The notes beneath the pieces were generated by a model. The model was not told the origin of the DNA. It did no database searches and saw only the letters and a list, made by a program, of their open reading frames with translations. Shown piece after piece: positions 57,868-64,000 of a DNA stretch of 64,000 nucleotides. The DNA is from an uncultured Acidobacteriota bacterium (GTDB taxonomy: Bacteria > Actinomycetota > Acidimicrobiia > Spongiisociales > ZC4RG35), in assembly GCA_963828465.1 (NCBI GenBank), contig CAWHEU010000022.1, positions 480,001 through 544,000 on the forward strand, given 5' to 3'. The stretch's first letter is position 1, and every line of letters starts with the position of its first letter. The translations under genes were made by a program, and so were the position numbers.

Positions 57868-59046
57868 ATGAGGATCGTCCTCGTCACGGGCAAGGGGGGA
57901 GTGGGCAAGACCACGGTCGCCGCCTGCACGGCGCTGCGAGCAGCCGACTCCGGTCATCGGACACTGATCACATCCACCGACCCGGCGCATTCGCTCGCCG
58001 ATGCCCTTGCCGTGAGCCTTGGATCCGATCCGGGCGAGGTCGTTTCCAATCTCGACGGCCAACAGATCGACACCCAGCGCCAGCTCGACCGCTACTGGGG
58101 CTCGATCCGCCGTCAGTTGATGGACGTGCTCGATTGGGGCGGAGCCGGCGGCATCGAGGCCGAGGAGTTCCTCGTCTTCCCCGGGATGGACGAGCTCTTC
58201 GCCCTTCTCGAGGTGAACCGTCATGCCCGATCCGGGCAGTACGACGTGATCGTGGTCGACTGCGCCCCGACCGCCGAAACCCTCCGTCTGCTCTCTCTCC
58301 CCGAGGTCCTGAGCTGGTACTTCGAGAAGGTCCTTCCCACCGAGCGACGGTTGATGAAGGCGGCCAGACCGATCCTGAGTCGGCTCACCGACCTTCCGCT
58401 ACCCCAAGACGAGGTGTTCACTACAGCCCAAACGATCTTCGAGTCGATCGAGGGGGTCAAGGAATTGATGTCGGACCCGGCCGTGACATCGGCCAGGCTG
58501 GTGGTGAACCCGGAGAAGATGGTCATCGACGAGGCGCGGCGCACATACAGCTACCTCGGATTGTTCGGATACGGCGTTGACGGGGTGATCGTCAACCGGG
58601 TCCTGCCCCAGGAGGTGGCCGATCCATACTTCGAGCGCTGGCGGGCCATTCAGAAGGGTCACCTCGAGACTGTGGACGACGCTTTCGCCGAAGTGCCCCG
58701 TCTCCATCTCCGGCTGTTCGACGATGAGATGGTCGGGGTCGATCGATTGCGATTCATGGCCGGGGAGCTCTACGGGGAGCGCGACCCGATTGCCGATTTC
58801 ACGGCCACCCACCCGTTCCGGATCATCGAGGCGGATGGCGGGCTGGCGATGGAGATGGACATACCATTCGTCGAGAAGTCCGATCTCGATGTGTACCGCC
58901 ACGGCCATGAGCTGTACATCCAGGTCGGTCCCTACCGGCGGTCGTTCATCCTGCCCGATGCCCTGCATCGCAGGGAAGTCACCCGAGCCCGTCTCGATGA
59001 GGGCACCCTCACCATTTCGTTCGCCGATCCGGACGCCAGATCATGA
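57868..59046 (+). CDS. ArsA/Get3-family ATPase with HSP20-like C-terminus
   Basis: GKGGVGKTT, STDPAHSL, PGMDE, DCAPTAETLRLL. Confidence 0.92.
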   Translation: MRIVLVTGKGGVGKTTVAACTALRAADSGHRTLITSTDPAHSLADALAVSLGSDPGEVVSNLDGQQIDTQRQLDRYWGSIRRQLMDVLDWGGAGGIEAEEFLVFPGMDELFALLEVNRHARSGQYDVIVVDCAPTAETLRLLSLPEVLSWYFEKVLPTERRLMKAARPILSRLTDLPLPQDEVFTTAQTIFESIEGVKELMSDPAVTSARLVVNPEKMVIDEARRTYSYLGLFGYGVDGVIVNRVLPQEVADPYFERWRAIQKGHLETVDDAFAEVPRLHLRLFDDEMVGVDRLRFMAGELYGERDPIADFTATHPFRIIEADGGLAMEMDIPFVEKSDLDVYRHGHELYIQVGPYRRSFILPDALHRREVTRARLDEGTLTISFADPDARS

Positions 59047-59231
59047 GAGAGCAATCGGACACCATGCAGGCCCTTGGCCGGGCCGGAAGACGAGCGGGGT
59101 ACCACCTGATTCAGGCGGTGATCGAAGGGCTCAAGGCGGTCGAGGCAGTGTTCGAAGAAGTAAGCAAGATCGGCGACAAGCAGGACTCCACGACCGAGGA
59201 GCCTCCACGAACCAGGATCGATATCGAATGA
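59043..59231 (+). CDS. Small hypothetical protein
   Basis: ATGA overlaps on both sides; ends RIDIE. Confidence 0.65.
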   Translation: MREQSDTMQALGRAGRRAGYHLIQAVIEGLKAVEAVFEEVSKIGDKQDSTTEEPPRTRIDIE

Positions 59232-59662
59232 CCGACGAGCGTCGCCCAATCAGGCCCGATGATGTGATACCCCCCAGCGGGGGATCGTCGTCGGTACAGA
59301 CGCGTCAGTTGGTCAAGGACGCCGCGCTGATGCTGCCCAATCTGGTCAAGCTGGTGGGCCGCTTGTTGAAGGATCCGAGGGTTCCCCGGCGGTCGAAGAT
59401 CGCTCTGGGCATGGCTGCGGCATATGTGGCCAGCCCGATCGATCTCGTTCCGGAGTTCATCCCCGTGATCGGTTGGGCTGATGACGTGATTTTCATGATG
59501 TTCGCCATCGACTCGTTGATCGAGAGGGCAGGTCCCGAGGTCGTGGCGGAACACTGGGACGGGCCGGGAGACCTTCTTTCGATGATTCGAGAGGTGACCG
59601 GAGTGGCCCGCAGCATCATCCCGAAGCGTTTGAGCCAGGCCCTGGATCGCATCTCCGGGTAG
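59228..59662 (+). CDS. DUF1232/YkvA family protein
   Basis: DPRVP, YVASPIDLVPEFIPVIGWADD. Confidence 0.88.
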   Translation: MTDERRPIRPDDVIPPSGGSSSVQTRQLVKDAALMLPNLVKLVGRLLKDPRVPRRSKIALGMAAAYVASPIDLVPEFIPVIGWADDVIFMMFAIDSLIERAGPEVVAEHWDGPGDLLSMIREVTGVARSIIPKRLSQALDRISG

Positions 59663-59728
59663 CGCGGCCCGGCTTGCCAACACTCGTCAGCAGGCATTGA
59701 ATCGGGGTTTTTCTCGTCCTGAGCTACT

Positions 59729-60916
59729 TTGACCTATCTCATGTTCGACTTCAGACGGATCGGGTCACTGCCTCCGTATGCCTTTGCCGAGGTCAATCGA
59801 CGGAAGGTCGCGGCCCGTCTCGCCGGCGTGGACGTCATCGATCTCGGGTTCGGCAACCCCGATATCCCGTCTCCCGATCTTGCGGTGGACGCTCTCGTCG
59901 AGGCGGCCAGACAGCCGGCCAATCACCGCTATTCCGCCTCTCGCGGCATCGATGACCTGAGGGAAGCGCTGGCCGGGCGCTATCGCCGCCGCTTCGGAGT
60001 GGAGCTCGACCCGGAAACCGAGGTCATCTCGACGATCGGGTCCAAAGAAGGTCTGTCCCATCTGATGTGGGCCCTTCTCCAACCCGGGGACGCAGCCATC
60101 GTTCCCGATCCCTCCTATCCAATCCACATCTACGCCCCGGTGATAGCCGGGGCGGAGGTACGAACTGCCCCGATCGGCTCCGAGGCCGACTATTTCGATG
60201 TGGTGCATCGGATGTTCCACGACTCGTGGCCCCGGCCGAGGGTGATCATCGTCAGCTTTCCCCACAACCCCACGGCTGCCACAGTCGACCTCGGGTTCTT
60301 CGAGCGACTCGTCGATCTGGCCCGGGAGAACGAAGTCGTCCTCGTCCACGACTTCGCCTATGCCGATATCGGCTTCGACGGCTATCGACCCCCGTCCCTG
60401 CTCGAGGTTCCGGGAGCGAAGGAAGTCGCTGTCGAGATCTACTCGTTGACCAAGGGCCATTCGATGGCAGGTTGGCGGGTCGGATTCATGGCAGGGAACA
60501 GGGATGTGGTAGCGGCCCTGGCCAAGCTGAAGAGCTATCTCGACTACGGGACTTTCCAGCCCATCCAGATAGCGGCCGCCGCCGCCTTGAACGAAGGCGA
60601 TGAGTTCGTCGAAAACGTGAACGTCGTGTACCAGGAGCGCCGGGACATCCTGGTCGACGGTCTGGCCGACCTTGGCTGGAAGATGGATCGCCCGCGAGGG
60701 ACCATGTTCGTCTGGGCTCCCATTCCGGGTCCCTACGAGGACCTCTCTTCGGCCGAGTTCTCGATCCACCTCCTCGAGGCCGCAGGGGTTGCGATCAGTC
60801 CCGGGGTCGGCTTCGGCCCGAGCGGTGAGGGCTTCGTTCGGTTCGCCCTGGTCGAGGAGGGCCCCCGGATCGAGGATGCCGTGGCCCGGATCGGGCAGGC
60901 CCTCGACCGTCTGTAG
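59729..60916 (+). CDS. Class I/II PLP aminotransferase (AlaC/LL-DAP-like)
   Basis: LPPYAF, GSKEGL, PHNPT, HDFAY, SLTKGHSMAGWRVG. Confidence 0.9.
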   Translation: MTYLMFDFRRIGSLPPYAFAEVNRRKVAARLAGVDVIDLGFGNPDIPSPDLAVDALVEAARQPANHRYSASRGIDDLREALAGRYRRRFGVELDPETEVISTIGSKEGLSHLMWALLQPGDAAIVPDPSYPIHIYAPVIAGAEVRTAPIGSEADYFDVVHRMFHDSWPRPRVIIVSFPHNPTAATVDLGFFERLVDLARENEVVLVHDFAYADIGFDGYRPPSLLEVPGAKEVAVEIYSLTKGHSMAGWRVGFMAGNRDVVAALAKLKSYLDYGTFQPIQIAAAAALNEGDEFVENVNVVYQERRDILVDGLADLGWKMDRPRGTMFVWAPIPGPYEDLSSAEFSIHLLEAAGVAISPGVGFGPSGEGFVRFALVEEGPRIEDAVARIGQALDRL

Positions 60917-60925
60917 CCTGGTCCT

Positions 60926-61951
60926 ATGCCTTTCCCGGACGGCACCGCCGACTTCCGCTCCGACACCGTGACCCGCCCCACGCCGGACATGATTCAAGCC
61001 ATGGCGTCGGCGCCACTCGGTGACGACGTCTACTCGGACGATCCGACGGTCAACTTGCTCGAGGAGGAGTCGGCGGCGGTGACCGGCAAGGAGACCGCCA
61101 TCTACGTGCCGACCGGCACGATGGGGAACCAGCTTTCCATCATGGCCCAGACGAACCCGGGCGAAGAGGTCCTCGCCCACGAGGGGAGTCACGTCCGCAG
61201 CATCGAGGCCGGCGCTCCCCAGGCTCTCTCTGGTGTCGGCTTTCGCACCGTGAGCGGAGACGGGGGCCGCATCGAGCCCGAGGACGTGGAGCGGGCCATG
61301 GCCATGTCCGGTTTCTTCCCCAGAATCGGCCTGATGGTGTGGGAGAACACCCACAATCTCTCTGGAGGCCGGGTGATACCTCTCGATGTGATGGAGAAGA
61401 CCTCCGGGGTGGCCAGGGCGCATGGGCTCAAGATCCATATGGATGGGGCCAGGATCTTCAATGCCGTCGCCGCCAGCGGTGTGCCCGTCGATCGTTATGC
61501 CGCGGTGTCGGACACCATCCAGTTCTGCTTCTCGAAGGGGCTGGGGGCGCCAGTTGGGTCCATCGTCTGTGGCCCGGCTGATCTGATCTCCGAAATCCGG
61601 TATCTCCGCAAGCGACTCGGCGGCGGGATGCGTCAGGCCGGGGTGATCGCCGCCGCGGCGCGGGTTGCCCTGGCCGGTCGTGATCGCCTCGTCGAGGACC
61701 ACGCGCTGGCGCGTTTGCTGGGCGACGCAATTGCCGAGAAGTTCCCCAAAGCTGTCGACCCCTCTCTCATAGAGACCAACATGGTCAGGGTTCAGTTCGC
61801 CGCCCTCGGCATCGAATGGCCGGAGATGAAAGGGCGTCTGGACGGCGCCGGCATCAAGGTCAACCCACCACTCGGTGGCGGCTGGCGGATCGTCACCCAT
61901 CGCGATGTCGACGCGTCGGATGCGGACCGTCTGCTCTCGACCCTGCCGTAA
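60926..61951 (+). CDS. ltaE: Low-specificity L-threonine aldolase
   Basis: DFRSDTVTRP, GTMGNQ, ENTHN, HMDGARIFNA, FSKGLGAPVG. Confidence 0.92.
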   Translation: MPFPDGTADFRSDTVTRPTPDMIQAMASAPLGDDVYSDDPTVNLLEEESAAVTGKETAIYVPTGTMGNQLSIMAQTNPGEEVLAHEGSHVRSIEAGAPQALSGVGFRTVSGDGGRIEPEDVERAMAMSGFFPRIGLMVWENTHNLSGGRVIPLDVMEKTSGVARAHGLKIHMDGARIFNAVAASGVPVDRYAAVSDTIQFCFSKGLGAPVGSIVCGPADLISEIRYLRKRLGGGMRQAGVIAAAARVALAGRDRLVEDHALARLLGDAIAEKFPKAVDPSLIETNMVRVQFAALGIEWPEMKGRLDGAGIKVNPPLGGGWRIVTHRDVDASDADRLLSTLP

Positions 61952-61981
61952 CGAGGGAGGGCCGACCCGAGTCGGATACTG

Positions 61982-62923
61982 GTGAGTGTCGGAATCCTGT
62001 TCCCGGGTCAGGGAAGTCAGACCGTGGGAATGGGGGCGGACCTCTTCGATGCGAGAGAGGACCTGCTCGGCGACCGCGCCGATGAGATTCTCGGTTTCTC
62101 CCTGCGATCCCTCTGCTTGGAGGGACCCGAGGAGGAGCTGACCCGCACCCAGCACGCCCAGCCGGCCCTCTTCGCCCTGTCTTATGCCTTGTGGGAGATG
62201 GTCGTCGCAGAGAATCATCTGACCCCTGGCGGCGCGGCCGGGCATTCACTGGGGGAGTACACCGCCCTCGCCGCGGCCGGGGTCTTCGACTTCGACACCG
62301 CCCTCGGTCTCGTGGCGCTGAGGGGGCGGGCCATGGCCCGCGCCGCCGATCGGGAAAGCTCCGGCATGGCGGCGCTGATCGGCGCCGACCGGGAGCAAGC
62401 ATCGGAGGTGACCCAGGCCCGCCGTGATCTTGGCGGCCGTCTGGAAGTGGCCAACTTGAATGCTCCGGGCCAGGTCGTCGTGGCAGGGGGAAAAGACGAT
62501 CTCGAGTGGCTGGGCGAGAACGGATCCCGACTCGGGATCCGGAGAGTGGTGCCGCTCAATGTGGCTGGGGCGTTTCACAGCCAGTTCATGGCCCCGGCGC
62601 GGGAAGAGCTGAAGACGGCCCTCGATGCGGTCGAGCTGTCCGACCCGTGGTTTCCGGTCTGGTCCAACACGACCGCCAGACCACATCAGACCGGCGAGAT
62701 CGGCGATCTCCTTGCTCGTCAGATGGTCGAGCCCGTCCTCTTTTCCGATTCCCTTCTCGACATGTCGGCCGCCGGCATCGACACATTCATCCATGTCGGC
62801 CCCGGCGACGTGACTGCAGGTCTGGCCCGCAGGACCATCGAAGGCGCCGCAGTTCACACGATCTCCCGAATCGACGACGTCCGGACCGCGTTGGATGCCG
62901 TCGTTACGATGGGCGAACACTGA
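61982..62923 (+). CDS. fabD: Malonyl-CoA:ACP transacylase
   Basis: FPGQGSQ, GHSLGEY, GAFHS. Confidence 0.95.
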   Translation: MSVGILFPGQGSQTVGMGADLFDAREDLLGDRADEILGFSLRSLCLEGPEEELTRTQHAQPALFALSYALWEMVVAENHLTPGGAAGHSLGEYTALAAAGVFDFDTALGLVALRGRAMARAADRESSGMAALIGADREQASEVTQARRDLGGRLEVANLNAPGQVVVAGGKDDLEWLGENGSRLGIRRVVPLNVAGAFHSQFMAPAREELKTALDAVELSDPWFPVWSNTTARPHQTGEIGDLLARQMVEPVLFSDSLLDMSAAGIDTFIHVGPGDVTAGLARRTIEGAAVHTISRIDDVRTALDAVVTMGEH

Positions 62924-62933
62924 GGAGACTGGT

Positions 62934-64000
62934 ATGAGAAACGCCGAGATAACAGGCTGGGGCATGTGCATGCCTCCCAACGTGCTCAGCAATCACGATC
63001 TCGAGCAGCTCGTCGACACCTCGGACGAATGGATCACCACGAGGACCGGTATCAAGGAGCGGCGGATCAGCCACGTCGAGGCGTCGGAGCTCGCTGCCGT
63101 AGCCGGTCTACGGGCGCTGGCCGCAGCCGGCAAGACCGTGAACGATCTCGACCTCCTTCTCGTGGCAACCTGCTCGGGCGACTCGATCATCCCCTCCACG
63201 GCGTCGGTCGTGCAGAAGCACATGGGGGCCTGGAACGCCGCGGCCCTCGACCTCAACGCCGCTTGCTCAGGGTTTGTCTACGGGCTGGTTGTAGGCACCA
63301 ACATGATCCGTGGCGGGACCAACAACACGGTCCTGCTCGTCGGAACGGAGAAGCTCCACTTCGTCACCGACTTCACCGACCGGACCACGTGTGTGCTGTT
63401 CGGCGACGGTGCCGGGGCGGTCGTGCTCGAGCCGACCGATGAGCCGGTCGGGCTTCTCTCCTCGGAACTGGGTATGGACGGATCCGTCGGCCACATCCTC
63501 GCCGTGCCCAGGGACGGCAGCTCGGGTGACCCGGGGCCGATCGACCCCCGGGAGTCGGCGATCGGCATGGAAGGGCCCGAGGTCTTCCGGCGTGCGGTCA
63601 CCACGATGGGGGACTCGGCTGCCCGTGCCATCAAGGATGCCGGTCTTTCACTTGACGATGTCGACCTGGTCATCCCGCATCAAGCCAACACCAGGATCAT
63701 CGACGCCACCGCCCGCCGTCTCGGCATCGATGAGAGCAAGGTGTTCGTCAATATCGAGTCGTATGGCAACACTTCAGCCGCCACGATCCCTGTTGCTCTC
63801 ACCGAGGCCCTGGAGCAGGGACGGGTCAAGCCCGGAGACAACATCGTGTTCACCGCATTCGGTGGGGGACTCAGTTGGGGATCGGCCGTGTACCGGTGGG
63901 GGGAGCGCGTCGAGCCGCTCGGCGAGAGCGATGCCGAGCTGCCACCGCCTGATCGCACCGCGATGGAGTTGCTCCAGGCCAATTTCGATTTCTTCGGCCT
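62934..64000 (+). CDS. fabH: 3-oxoacyl-ACP synthase III (runs off window)
   Basis: DTSDEWITTRTGIKERR, NAACSGF, LFGDGAGA, PHQAN, GNTSAA, FGGGLSWG. Confidence 0.95.
   Translation, partial: MRNAEITGWGMCMPPNVLSNHDLEQLVDTSDEWITTRTGIKERRISHVEASELAAVAGLRALAAAGKTVNDLDLLLVATCSGDSIIPSTASVVQKHMGAWNAAALDLNAACSGFVYGLVVGTNMIRGGTNNTVLLVGTEKLHFVTDFTDRTTCVLFGDGAGAVVLEPTDEPVGLLSSELGMDGSVGHILAVPRDGSSGDPGPIDPRESAIGMEGPEVFRRAVTTMGDSAARAIKDAGLSLDDVDLVIPHQANTRIIDATARRLGIDESKVFVNIESYGNTSAATIPVALTEALEQGRVKPGDNIVFTAFGGGLSWGSAVYRWGERVEPLGESDAELPPPDRTAMELLQANFDFFG

Noticed and set aside
59765-62245. 826-aa minus-strand ORF and other long antisense ORFs
   Set aside because: Shadow frames of well-supported high-GC genes, with no recognisable motifs.

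Overview
High-GC actinobacterial chromosome segment; gene content (SLH protein, System I ccm genes, WhiB7, F420 LLM enzyme) suggests class Acidimicrobiia (inference). Most of the window is housekeeping: a galactose/galactofuranose ABC-galT operon with a DeoR regulator, GH13, gabD, a DEAD-box helicase, pncA/pncB, a PspC two-component locus, whiB7 with its uORF attenuator, a sigma-70 factor, tRNA-Val, otsAB, RNase P RNA (rnpB), ccmABCDE-F-H-G, a LexA-controlled DnaQ/GIY-YIG nuclease, an osmoprotectant ABC transporter, an ArsA/Get3 cluster and fabD-fabH. The main accessory feature is a ~3.2-kb element inserted at the 3' end of rnpB. It is flanked by a 70-bp direct repeat (32478-32547 / 35648-35717) and keeps only the C-terminal tip of a tyrosine integrase plus arm-type-like repeats. 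Its orphan, co-oriented ORFs are separated by a recurring ~44-59-bp palindromic motif ending GGGGGGTTCTC and by a second pair of related hairpins, giving a cassette-array-like layout. Several isolated indels look like long-read assembly errors. All calls come from reading the sequence; no database searches were run.
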